A stretch of DNA of 24,000 nucleotides from Thermoleophilaceae bacterium (GTDB taxonomy: Bacteria; Actinomycetota; Thermoleophilia; Solirubrobacterales; Thermoleophilaceae): assembly GCA_035275105.1 (NCBI GenBank), contig DATENL010000081.1:10087-34086 (forward strand), read 5' to 3'. The translations under genes and the position numbers were made by a program. The notes beneath the pieces were generated by a model. It saw nothing but the letters and a program-made list of their open reading frames with translations. It searched no databases and was not told where the DNA came from. Of this stretch, positions 1 through 11,137 are shown piece after piece; position 1 is the stretch's first letter, and each line of letters starts with the position of its first letter.

Positions 1-56
1 GCAAGGGCCCGCGCCGGATGCAGGTCGCCGGTAAGAAGAAGGTGACCAAGAAGTAG
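1..56 (+). CDS. rpsM: 30S ribosomal protein S13, C-terminal fragment (start lies upstream of window)
   Basis: Frame 3 reads KGPRRMQVAGKKKVTKK*, a basic tail like the S13 C-terminus. The TAG at 54-56 directly abuts the rpsK ATG at 57. The position fits the conserved rpsM-rpsK-rpsD-rpoA-rplQ order. Confidence 0.7.
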   Translation, partial: KGPRRMQVAGKKKVTKK

Positions 57-455
57 ATGGCTCAGCAGAGGGGCGGCAGGGGCCGCGGACGTCGTAGGCC
101 GAGGAAGAACATCCCGTTCGGCCAGGCGCACATCAAGACAAGCTTCAACAACACGATCGTCTCGCTCACCGACCGCGAGGGCAACGTGATCGCGTGGGAG
201 TCCGCCGGCGGCGCCGGCTTCAAGGGCTCGCGCAAGTCGACCCCGTTCGCCGCGCAGGTGACCGCCGACTCCGCCGCCCGCAAGGGCATGGAGCAGGGCC
301 TCGAGAAGGTGGAGGTCTTCGTAAAGGGCCCCGGCTCGGGCCGCGAGACCGCGATCCGCTCGCTCCAGGCGGCGGGCCTCGAGGTGACGGGCATCCGCGA
401 CGTCACGCCGCAGGCCCACAACGGCTGCCGGCCGCGCAAGAGGCGGAGGGTCTAG
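57..455 (+). CDS. rpsK: 30S ribosomal protein S11
   Basis: 132-aa ORF with typical S11 blocks ([59 protein letters not shown]). Conserved operon context. Confidence 0.97.
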   Translation: MAQQRGGRGRGRRRPRKNIPFGQAHIKTSFNNTIVSLTDREGNVIAWESAGGAGFKGSRKSTPFAAQVTADSAARKGMEQGLEKVEVFVKGPGSGRETAIRSLQAAGLEVTGIRDVTPQAHNGCRPRKRRRV

Positions 456-457
456 CC

Positions 458-1078
458 GTGGCGAGAGATCGTGGAGCCCAGTGCAAGCAGTGTCGCCGGG
501 AGGGCGTGAAGCTCTTCCTGAAGGGCGAGCGCTGCCTGACTGACAAGTGTGGGGTCGAGCGCCGCTCGTACCCGCCCGGTGAGCACGGCCGCGGTCGTGC
601 GAAGCAGTCCGAATACCGGTTGCAGCTGAGGGAGAAGCAGAAGGCCCGCCGTTACTACGGCGTGCTCGAGAAGCAGTTCCGGAGCTACTACGACAAGGCC
701 AGCCGGCAGCCGGGAGTCACCGGCGAGAACCTGCTGCGCCTGCTGGAGTCGCGCTTCGACAACGTGCTGGTGCGGTTGGGCTTCGCGGCATCGCGGCGCC
801 AGGCCCGCCAGCTGATCCTCCACGGACACTGGACGATCAACGGGAGGCGCGTGAACGTGCCCTCCTACCAGGTCCGGCCCGATGACGTGATCGCCATCAA
901 GGCCGGATCGAGTGCCTCGCAGACGATCCGGGACGCCACCGACCTCACGTCGGCGGTCCCGGCCTGGCTGCAGGCCGACCACGACGGACTCACAGCGAAG
1001 GTGCTGCGCCACCCCGAGCGTGCCGAGATCGACACGCCGGTGCAGGAGCAGCTCATCGTCGAGCTCTACTCGAAGTAA
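458..1078 (+). CDS. rpsD: 30S ribosomal protein S4 (four-Cys zinc-ribbon type)
   Basis: An in-frame GTG at 458 gives [31 protein letters not shown]..., the canonical S4 N-terminus with 4 Cys. An S4 RNA-binding domain follows ([29 protein letters not shown]). TAA stop at 1076-1078. The upstream part of track ORF 194..1078 overlaps rpsK and is rejected. Confidence 0.95.
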   Translation: MARDRGAQCKQCRREGVKLFLKGERCLTDKCGVERRSYPPGEHGRGRAKQSEYRLQLREKQKARRYYGVLEKQFRSYYDKASRQPGVTGENLLRLLESRFDNVLVRLGFAASRRQARQLILHGHWTINGRRVNVPSYQVRPDDVIAIKAGSSASQTIRDATDLTSAVPAWLQADHDGLTAKVLRHPERAEIDTPVQEQLIVELYSK

Positions 1079-1090
1079 CGCCCCGGCCCC

Positions 1091-1108
1091 GCGGCCGGCG
1101 ACGGCCGC
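1091..1108 (+). promoter_or_regulatory. GC-rich stem-loop between rpsD and rpoA (possible intra-operon attenuator or processing hairpin)
   Basis: GCGGCC-ggcgac-GGCCGC forms a perfect 6-bp stem, flanked by CCCC (1087-1090) and GGGG (1116-1119). No U-tract. A GAAGGAA Shine-Dalgarno for rpoA follows. Confidence 0.3.
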
Positions 1109-1145
1109 CTCTGGCGGGGCACCCGACACGAAGGAATTTCATCTG

Positions 1146-2123
1146 ATGCTCGAGTTCCAGATCCCCCAGATTTCGGCCGAGAAGGTCGAGGACAACCGAG
1201 GAAACTTCACGATCGAGCCGCTCGACCGCGGCTTCGGATACACGTTCGGCAACTCGCTCCGGCGGGTGCTCCTGTCGTCCCTGGCCGGCGCGGCCGTCAC
1301 GAGCGTGCGCATCGAGGGCGTCGCGCACGAGTTCTCGACGATCGCCGGCGTCAAGGAGGACGTGACCGACATCGTCCTCAACCTCAAGGAGATCGTCTGC
1401 CGGATGCACTCCGAGGCGTCGGAGATCGAGGTGCCGCTCGTGGCGAGCGGCCCCGGCGAGGTCACGGCCGGCGACATCGACCTGCCGTCCGGCGTGGAGC
1501 TGCTCAACCCCGACGCGCACATCGCGACGCTCGAGAAGAAGACCAAGCTCGAGATGTACCTGACGATCGGCCGTGGCCGCGGCTACTCGCCCGCCGAGGA
1601 GAACAAGACGCCCGACCAGCCGATCGGCGTGATCCCGATCGACTCGATCTTCTCGCCGGTCAAGCGGGTCGCGTACCAGGTCGAGTCCGCCCGCGTCGGG
1701 CAGCGCACCGACTACGACAAGCTCACGCTCGACATCGAGACCGACGGCTCGGTGGCGCCGCAGGCGGCGCTGCGCGAGGCGGCGGAGATCCTCATCAAGT
1801 CGCTCGCGATCTTCACCGACGCGGACCGGCTCGAGGAGCTGCGCTCGGACGGCGAGGCGATGATCGCGGGCGGCGAGCCGGCGGCGATCGGTGGCGCCCG
1901 GCCGAGCCGCTCGCCCGACGGGATGGACGACATCCTCATCGAGGAGCTGGAGCTCGGCGTGCGCTCGTACAACTGCCTCAAGCGGGCGGGAGTGCAGACC
2001 GTCGGCGACCTGCTCCAGAAGTCGGAGTCCGAGCTCAACGCGATCCCGAACTTCGGTCGCAAGTCGATCGAGGAGGTCATCGAGACGCTGAAGGCGCGCG
2101 GCCTGGAGCTGCGCGCCGCCTAG
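1146..2123 (+). CDS. rpoA: DNA-directed RNA polymerase subunit alpha
   Basis: ATG at 1146 is preceded by GAAGGAA. The N-terminal domain reads MLEFQIP...GNFTIEPLDRGFGYTFGNSLRRVLLSSL. The C-terminal domain reads IEELELGVRSYNCLKRAGVQTVGDLL...NFGRKSIEEV. Confidence 0.97.
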   Translation: MLEFQIPQISAEKVEDNRGNFTIEPLDRGFGYTFGNSLRRVLLSSLAGAAVTSVRIEGVAHEFSTIAGVKEDVTDIVLNLKEIVCRMHSEASEIEVPLVASGPGEVTAGDIDLPSGVELLNPDAHIATLEKKTKLEMYLTIGRGRGYSPAEENKTPDQPIGVIPIDSIFSPVKRVAYQVESARVGQRTDYDKLTLDIETDGSVAPQAALREAAEILIKSLAIFTDADRLEELRSDGEAMIAGGEPAAIGGARPSRSPDGMDDILIEELELGVRSYNCLKRAGVQTVGDLLQKSESELNAIPNFGRKSIEEVIETLKARGLELRAA

Positions 2124-2141
2124 CGGGCGGAGCTCGCCGAG

Positions 2142-2495
2142 ATGCGCCACCAGAAGGACAGGGGCAAGCTCTCCCGGAGCGCGTCCCACCGCAAGGCGCT
2201 GTTCATGAACCTCGCGCGCGAGGTGATCGACCACGAGCGGATCGAGACGACCGAGGCGAAGGCCAAGGCCGTGAAGCCGGAGGTGGAGCGGCTGATCACG
2301 CTCGCCAAGCGCGGTGACCTGCACGCCCGGCGGCAGGCGCTCTCGGCGCTGGGACAGGACAAGTTCGTGGTCTACAAGCTGTTCGAGGAGATCGCTCCGC
2401 GCTACGCGGAGCGCCCCGGCGGCTACACCAGGATCCTCAAGCTCGGTCCGCGCAAGTCGGACGCGACCGAGATGGTCTACCTCGAGCTGGTCTAG
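2142..2495 (+). CDS. rplQ: 50S ribosomal protein L17
   Basis: 117-aa ORF with [20 protein letters not shown]...[27 protein letters not shown], typical of L17. Confidence 0.97.
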   Translation: MRHQKDRGKLSRSASHRKALFMNLAREVIDHERIETTEAKAKAVKPEVERLITLAKRGDLHARRQALSALGQDKFVVYKLFEEIAPRYAERPGGYTRILKLGPRKSDATEMVYLELV

Positions 2496-3295
2496 TGAGC
2501 GATCTCGCGGCGCTCAAGCAGCGTGCCCGCGAGGCCTGGGACGGCGCCGACTACGGCCCGCTCGGGGAGCGACTGATGCCCGCGGCCCGCGAGCTCGTGG
2601 ATGCCTGCGCGGTGTCGGCGGGTCAGGAGATGCTCGACGTGGCCGCCGGCACCGGGAACGCGGCTGCCGTGGCGGCGGCGGAGGGCGCCCGCGCCGTGGC
2701 CTCCGACTTCTCGCCCAAGCAGGTCGAGCGCGGCCGGGCTCGGACGGAGGGCGAGGGGCTCGACGTGGAGTGGACGGTGGCCGACGTGGAGGAGCTGCCG
2801 TTCGAAGACGCGAGCTTCGACTGCGTCCTGTCGGTGTTCGGGGCCCAGTTCGCGCCGCGCCCCGACCGCGTCGCGGCGGAGCTGTTCCGCGTCGTACGCC
2901 CGGGGGGCACCGTGGGTATGGCCAACTGGCCCAATCGGGGCTTCCAGTCCGAGCTGTTCGAGACCCTCGACCGCTACGCGCCGAACCGGCCCGCCGAGTT
3001 CCCGAATCCGCGCGACTGGGGCGAGAACGACGTCGTGCACGAGCGCTTCGACGGCCTGGCCGGGACGATCTCGGTCGAGCAGCGGATGCTCCCGTGGGAG
3101 TTCGACTCGTTCGTCGACATGGCCACGCTGTTCCGCAACCACGGGCCGCGCGGGATGGACGAGATGCCGGAGGACAAGCTGGGGGCGCTCGTGGGCGAGC
3201 TCCAGGGCGTCGTGGAGCGCTGGAACTCGGCCGACGACGGCTCGATCCGGATCGGCGCCGAGTACACGCTGGTCGTCGCGCGCAAGCGCGGGTAG
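2495..3295 (+). CDS. Class I SAM-dependent methyltransferase (Methyltransf_11/25-like)
   Basis: The GTG start overlaps the rplQ stop by 1 nt (TAGTG). Motif I is LDVAAGTGN, with an acidic loop ASDFS and post-I/II blocks FDCVLSVFG and VVRPGGTV. GC3-rich codon usage. Confidence 0.85.
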   Translation: MSDLAALKQRAREAWDGADYGPLGERLMPAARELVDACAVSAGQEMLDVAAGTGNAAAVAAAEGARAVASDFSPKQVERGRARTEGEGLDVEWTVADVEELPFEDASFDCVLSVFGAQFAPRPDRVAAELFRVVRPGGTVGMANWPNRGFQSELFETLDRYAPNRPAEFPNPRDWGENDVVHERFDGLAGTISVEQRMLPWEFDSFVDMATLFRNHGPRGMDEMPEDKLGALVGELQGVVERWNSADDGSIRIGAEYTLVVARKRG

Positions 3296-3297
3296 CC

Positions 3298-4020
3298 CTG
3301 GCCGCCGCGCGGCTGCTCATCGAGTACCACGGCGGCCGCTTCGCGGGCTGGGCCCGCCAGCCAGGGCTCAGGACCGTGCAGGGAGTGCTGGAGGAGGCTC
3401 TCGGCCGGATCCGGCGGGCGCCGACGACGCTCACGGTCGCCGGCCGCACCGACACCGGCGTCCACGCGCGCGGCCAGGTGGCGAGCCACCCGGGGGCGCC
3501 GGCTCACGCCAGCGCCATCAACGGGGTGCTGCCGCCCGACTTACGGGTGGTGTCGTCCGACGCCGCCCCCGACGGATTCGACGCGCGGCGGGACGCGCTC
3601 TCGCGGGTCTACCGGTACCGGCTTCTCGTGCGTGCTGCGCCGTCGCCCTTCGAGGAGGGGCGAGCCCTACACTGGCCGCGGCCCCTCGACAGGGGTGCGA
3701 TCACGGAGTGCGCTCGCCTTGTCCGTGGCACGCACGACTTCACCGCCTTCACGCCCACCCAGACCGACCACGTGCGCTTCGAGCGCGACGTGCTGCGGTC
3801 GGAGTGGGCCCCGGAGGGCCCCGACGTGCTCGCCTACTGGATCGAGGCGGACACGTTCATGCGGCACATGGTCCGGATCCTGGTCGGCACGATGCTCGCG
3901 GTCGGGGGCGGCCGGATGCGGGTGGACGAGTTCGAGCGCCTGCTGGAGGGCCGCCCCCGCTCGGAGGCGGGCGACACCGCGCCGCCGCACGGCCTCCACC
4001 TGGAGGCCGTGCGGTACTAG
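3298..4020 (+). CDS. truA: tRNA pseudouridine(38-40) synthase TruA (5' end uncertain, no canonical start at the expected position)
   Basis: The conserved N-terminal strand RLLIEYHGGRFAGWARQPG begins right after the methyltransferase stop. The catalytic motif is AGRTDTGVHARGQ, and the C-terminal block is FMRHMVRILVGTM...APPHGLHL. The only in-frame codon at the expected start is CTG 3298. Canonical alternatives are GTG 3094 and GTG 3376/3385. Confidence 0.85.
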   Translation: MAAARLLIEYHGGRFAGWARQPGLRTVQGVLEEALGRIRRAPTTLTVAGRTDTGVHARGQVASHPGAPAHASAINGVLPPDLRVVSSDAAPDGFDARRDALSRVYRYRLLVRAAPSPFEEGRALHWPRPLDRGAITECARLVRGTHDFTAFTPTQTDHVRFERDVLRSEWAPEGPDVLAYWIEADTFMRHMVRILVGTMLAVGGGRMRVDEFERLLEGRPRSEAGDTAPPHGLHLEAVRY

Positions 4021-4241
4021 CGCTGGCCGACCGGGATCGGCATCACGTTCACCGTGATGTCGTCGTCGGTCGGATCGATGTCGAACAGGACGCGATAGTG
4101 CTCGCGAGCCTCGTCGAGCAGGAGGCGGACGGTCTCTACGTCAGGGCGTTGGTGGAAGCGGTGCTCGACGGCATAGCGGCACCCTCCGGTCTCGCCGGTG
4201 AGATAGAGGGTGACCTCGTAGGTGTGCGCGCCGATGTCCAT
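4017..4241 (-). CDS. Hypothetical 74-aa acidic protein (no recognised domain)
   Basis: An ATG at 4241 starts MDIGAHTYEVTLYLTGETGGCRYAVEHRFHQRPDVETVRLLLDEAREHYRVLFDIDPTDDDITVNVMPIPVGQR. Third-position GC bias is good. It lies 32 nt downstream of the DUF559 gene on the same strand. Its stop overlaps the truA stop in CTAG. No obvious SD. Confidence 0.5.
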   Translation of the reverse strand: MDIGAHTYEVTLYLTGETGGCRYAVEHRFHQRPDVETVRLLLDEAREHYRVLFDIDPTDDDITVNVMPIPVGQR

Positions 4242-4273
4242 GGCTTCATCACGCCCGTGAGGGTAGTCGCCGC

Positions 4274-5182
4274 TCAGCGCGCTGTCACGAATGCGTCGAG
4301 CTCGCGCGCCACGCGCTCCGGCCGGAGCATCACGTCGCGCCAGGTGAAGCGGATCACCTCGTAGCCCATCAGCTTGAGCCGGCGGTCGCGCGCCCGGTCG
4401 TTCTCGAAGGCGTGGCGCGTGCCGTGGGTCTTGAACCCGTCGACCTCCACGATCCGCTTCGGCCCCGGCCATAGGAAGTCGGGACTCGCGCCGCCTCCCT
4501 CCGGGAACGGGATCCACGCGTTGACGAGTGGGCGGGGGGCGTCGATCCGGTCGTAGATCGCGAGCATCGCCTCCTCGAGGTCGTTCTTCGTGGGTGTGGC
4601 GCCGGGACGAAAACCGGCTACTACGGCGAGCAACCGCTTGCAGCCCCGCCGCGTGGGCTGTTTCTCGATCGCCGCGTCGATCGCTTCCTGGTCGTACGTC
4701 CTGAGGATCTCCGCCTGCTCGCAGGCGCGCTCCACCTCCCTCTGGGTCGCCACCTCCGCATAGTCGAGCAGCGTCCGGGCGAGCGAGGTGCAGGGAATCC
4801 CGTCGATCGCACCCCTCTCCTCCGGATCGAGGCGCCTCGTGCGATGGACGATCACGCGCGGGACCCGTCGGGTGCCGCGCCCCGGCACCGTCACCTCGAG
4901 CGCGGAGCTGTTCAGGATCGCGTGCAGGGCCCCGGCCATTCGATGCGACGCGACGGCGGTCGGCCCGAGCGCCAGCACGGCGGCCATCCGCCGCCCGTCC
5001 ATCGACAACAGCACATGGCCCACCGAGTAGACGCAGCGGTGCACCCTGTGGAGCCTGCCGGTGGCGACCCGGTTGCGCACCGTTCGATTGCTCAGCCCGA
5101 GCTCCCTCAACTGCCAAAGAGCAACGACGCCGTGCTGCCGTGCCGCCAGCCCGGCGATCGCGGCATCGATGGGAGGTGGCAC
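4274..5182 (-). CDS. DUF559 endonuclease-like protein with an N-terminal AbiEi-type/wHTH-like domain
   Basis: The C-terminus reads VEVDGFKTHGTRHAFENDRARDRRLKLMGYEVIRFTW, the DUF559/Vsr-like signature. The N-terminus reads LAARQHGVVALWQLRELGLSNRTVRNRVATGRLHRVHRCVYSV, typical of AbiEi_4-like domains fused to DUF559 in actinobacteria (recalled, not searched). I prefer the GTG at 5182 as start. The track start at 5218 (also GTG) runs through the AT3-rich 46-nt repeat. Confidence 0.8.
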   Translation of the reverse strand: MPPPIDAAIAGLAARQHGVVALWQLRELGLSNRTVRNRVATGRLHRVHRCVYSVGHVLLSMDGRRMAAVLALGPTAVASHRMAGALHAILNSSALEVTVPGRGTRRVPRVIVHRTRRLDPEERGAIDGIPCTSLARTLLDYAEVATQREVERACEQAEILRTYDQEAIDAAIEKQPTRRGCKRLLAVVAGFRPGATPTKNDLEEAMLAIYDRIDAPRPLVNAWIPFPEGGGASPDFLWPGPKRIVEVDGFKTHGTRHAFENDRARDRRLKLMGYEVIRFTWRDVMLRPERVARELDAFVTAR

Positions 5183-5218
5183 GTTTTCCGGCCGATATAT
5201 CGCCGCAATTCGTGCCAC
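5173..5218. repeat. 46-nt composite palindromic intergenic element, copy A
   Basis: GAGGTGGCACGTTTTCCGGCCGATATATCGCCGCAATTCGTGCCAC. The outer arms GTGGCACG/CGTGCCAC are perfect complements, and the centre CGATATATCG is a perfect palindrome. It is 44/46 identical to 9404-9449 in the same orientation. Confidence 0.85.
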
Positions 5219-5301
5219 CTGGCGATGGTGGCCGTGGGCGCGTTACGTGTGGGTTAGAAGTGCGAAATGTTGGTGCCAGGACGGTCCGTATCCTGAGAAA
5301 C

Positions 5302-9369
<4,068 letters not shown>

Positions 9370-9403
9370 GACCCGGCCGAGGCTAGCAACGGGCCTCGTG
9401 ACC

Positions 9404-9449
9404 GAGGTGGCACGTTTTCCGGCCCATATATCGCCGCAATCCGTGCCAC
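9404..9449. repeat. 46-nt composite palindromic intergenic element, copy B
   Basis: GAGGTGGCACGTTTTCCGGCCCATATATCGCCGCAATCCGTGCCAC. It has two substitutions relative to copy A (5194 G to C, 5210 T to C). The outer 8-bp arms are intact. Confidence 0.85.
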
Positions 9450-9566
9450 TTCCCCCCGTCCACCCTGTAATTGCCGCTGTTTGCGCAGGTAGCGCCGCAA
9501 ACTCTGGCGGAGACCGCCGCGCGGAGTGGCGGCGGCGGGGCCCGCTGCCATACTGGATCCCAGGCC

Positions 9567-10832
9567 ATGGGGACCGTCGTAAAGCTGGAGAAGCCCCGCA
9601 AGGGGCAGGCGCAGCGGCCGAAGACGGCTCGCAAGCGCGGGCGGCGTTCCCGTACCGCGCTCGTGCTCGGCGGCGGCGGCGTCACGGGCGGCGTCTACGA
9701 GATCGGCGCGCTCCGGGCGCTCGACCTCCTGGCGGTCAACCGGACCGTCAACGAGTTCGACGTCTACGTGGGCACGAGCGCCGGGTCGTTCGTCGCGAGC
9801 CTGGCGGCCAACGGCGTCACTCCCGAGGAGATGATGCGGGTCGTCAACCAGCAGGTGCCCACGCCGTTCCGCGACATCAACATGGGCACGGTCCTCAATC
9901 CAAGCTACGCGGACCTCGCCAAGAGCCTCGCGCTGATGCCGCTCCGGACGGTCGGGCTCGTCCGGTCGCTGCTCGGCAACATCCGCCAGACGTCGCTGAT
10001 GGACATCCTGCTCGGCCTGGCCGAGGGCCTGCCGCCCGGCCTCTACAGCGGCACCGGAATCGAGCGCTACCTCGACGAGGTCTTGAGCGACCCGGACCGG
10101 ACCAACGACTTCCGGATGCTCGAGAACGAGCTCTACCTGACCTCCACCGACCTGGACACCTGCGAGCGGATCGTCTTCGGCACGCCGGGCTGGGACGACG
10201 TCTCGATCGCCAGGGCGGCGGCCGCCTCCACGGCGCTGCCGATGGTCTACCGGCCGGTGGAGATCAAGGGGCGGCAGCTCGTCGACGGCGGTTTGCGCTC
10301 GACCACCAACGTCGACCTCGCGGTCGAGCACGGCGCGAAGTTCGTGGTGGTCGTGAACCCGCTCGTGCCGTACGTCAACGACTTCCAGAAGCTGATTCCG
10401 ACGATGCTCGGCAGCCGGGTCCGCCGGGTGGCCGACATGGGCTTTCCGCAGGTCGGCTACCAGGCCTTCAAGCTGCTCGCCCACCAGCGCCTGCACGAGG
10501 CCGTCGCGCACTGGCAGGAGAAGTACCCGGGGGTCGACATCATCCTGATCGAGCCCGACCCGAACGACGAGCTGATGTTCGACACGAACATCATGAACTT
10601 CGCGCGCCGCGTGGACATCGCGCGCCACGGCTTCGAGTCGGTCACGCTGCAGCTCGCGAAGGACTACGACCGCCTGCGCACCGTCTGCGCCAAGCACGGC
10701 ATCGAGATCTCCGCCACCCGCGTGCGCAAGGTCATCCGGCACTTCGAGCAGGAGAAGGAGCGCACCCGCGCATGGCGCCGGATCCTCGAGCAGACCACCG
10801 GCGCGCTTCTGAGGCAGTCCGAGGAGGCCTGA
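9567..10832 (+). CDS. Patatin-like phospholipase family protein
   Basis: Oxyanion motif LGGGGVTGG, nucleophile elbow GTSAG and catalytic Asp motif VDGGL. ATG 9567 is preferred over the track start TTG 9471, because 9471-9566 is rich in A/T-ending codons (ttt, gta, caa, act, agt, cat, gga). Confidence 0.85.
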   Translation: MGTVVKLEKPRKGQAQRPKTARKRGRRSRTALVLGGGGVTGGVYEIGALRALDLLAVNRTVNEFDVYVGTSAGSFVASLAANGVTPEEMMRVVNQQVPTPFRDINMGTVLNPSYADLAKSLALMPLRTVGLVRSLLGNIRQTSLMDILLGLAEGLPPGLYSGTGIERYLDEVLSDPDRTNDFRMLENELYLTSTDLDTCERIVFGTPGWDDVSIARAAAASTALPMVYRPVEIKGRQLVDGGLRSTTNVDLAVEHGAKFVVVVNPLVPYVNDFQKLIPTMLGSRVRRVADMGFPQVGYQAFKLLAHQRLHEAVAHWQEKYPGVDIILIEPDPNDELMFDTNIMNFARRVDIARHGFESVTLQLAKDYDRLRTVCAKHGIEISATRVRKVIRHFEQEKERTRAWRRILEQTTGALLRQSEEA

Positions 10833-10837
10833 GCCGC

Positions 10838-11137
10838 CTAGGGCACCACGACGTTGTGCGTCTCGTAGGTGCGCACCGTCGTCTGGCCCTCCGGCGGGTC
10901 GCCGCCCATCGCCTCGCGGATCGCGGGCATCAGGCGCTCCTCCTCGAAGCGGTCGAACGCCTCCTGGGACTCCCAGACGTCGACGATCATGATCCGGCCG
11001 TCGCCGGTCACGCTCGCGGTGTGCGCGATGAGTCCCGCCGGCGGGTCGGCCTCCACCCTCATGATCTCGTTGACCCGGTCGTACATGGACGTCGACCCGT
11101 CGGGGCTCGGGGTGTCCTGCATCCGCACGATCGCCAT
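10838..11137 (-). CDS. 99-aa ferredoxin-like alpha+beta barrel protein (ABM/Dabb-like), translationally coupled to cydB
   Basis: The ATG at 11137 overlaps the cydB TGA (ATGA) and is preceded by a strong AGGAGGGAG SD. The sequence MAIVRMQ...GRIMIVDVWESQEAFDRFEEERLMPAIREA fits the ABM-type pattern. High GC3. Confidence 0.7.
   Translation of the reverse strand: MAIVRMQDTPSPDGSTSMYDRVNEIMRVEADPPAGLIAHTASVTGDGRIMIVDVWESQEAFDRFEEERLMPAIREAMGGDPPEGQTTVRTYETHNVVVP

Noticed and set aside
2314-4364. Long overlapping ORFs in the track across the methyltransferase/truA region (2314..4020 N-terminal two thirds, 2601..4364, 2514..3455, 2492..3142 and similar).
   Set aside because: Their translations are Arg/Pro/Gly/Ala-rich, low-complexity strings with no motifs, typical of shadow frames in very GC-rich DNA. 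They overlap genes with clear family signatures and proper GC3 bias.
5183-5218. Track start (GTG 5218) of the DUF559 gene, giving the N-terminus MARIAAIYRPENV.
   Set aside because: These codons are the 46-nt repeat read in frame (att, ata, tat, gaa, cga) and recur as a pseudo-peptide at copy B. GTG 5182 is the more plausible start.
4017-5218. The DUF559 islet as a mobile element or a canonical AbiE toxin-antitoxin pair.
   Set aside because: There is no transposase or integrase, no flanking direct or inverted repeats (the palindrome is on one side only), and no AbiEii nucleotidyltransferase.
9471-9566. TTG 9471 as the patatin start.
   Set aside because: The 32 extra codons are rich in A/T-ending rare codons, contain a hairpin, and add nothing resembling patatin N-termini.
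9567-10832. Patatin gene as a CBASS-type or other defence effector.
   Set aside because: There is no CD-NTase/cyclase, sensor, TIR/SAVED or other partner gene adjacent. The flanking genes are housekeeping.
10838-11137. Interpreting ORF99 as an IsdG/MhuD-type heme oxygenase.
   Set aside because: Only the general ABM fold pattern is visible. The N-terminal Asn and the Trp...His arrangement of the catalytic triad are not evident, so the call stays generic.
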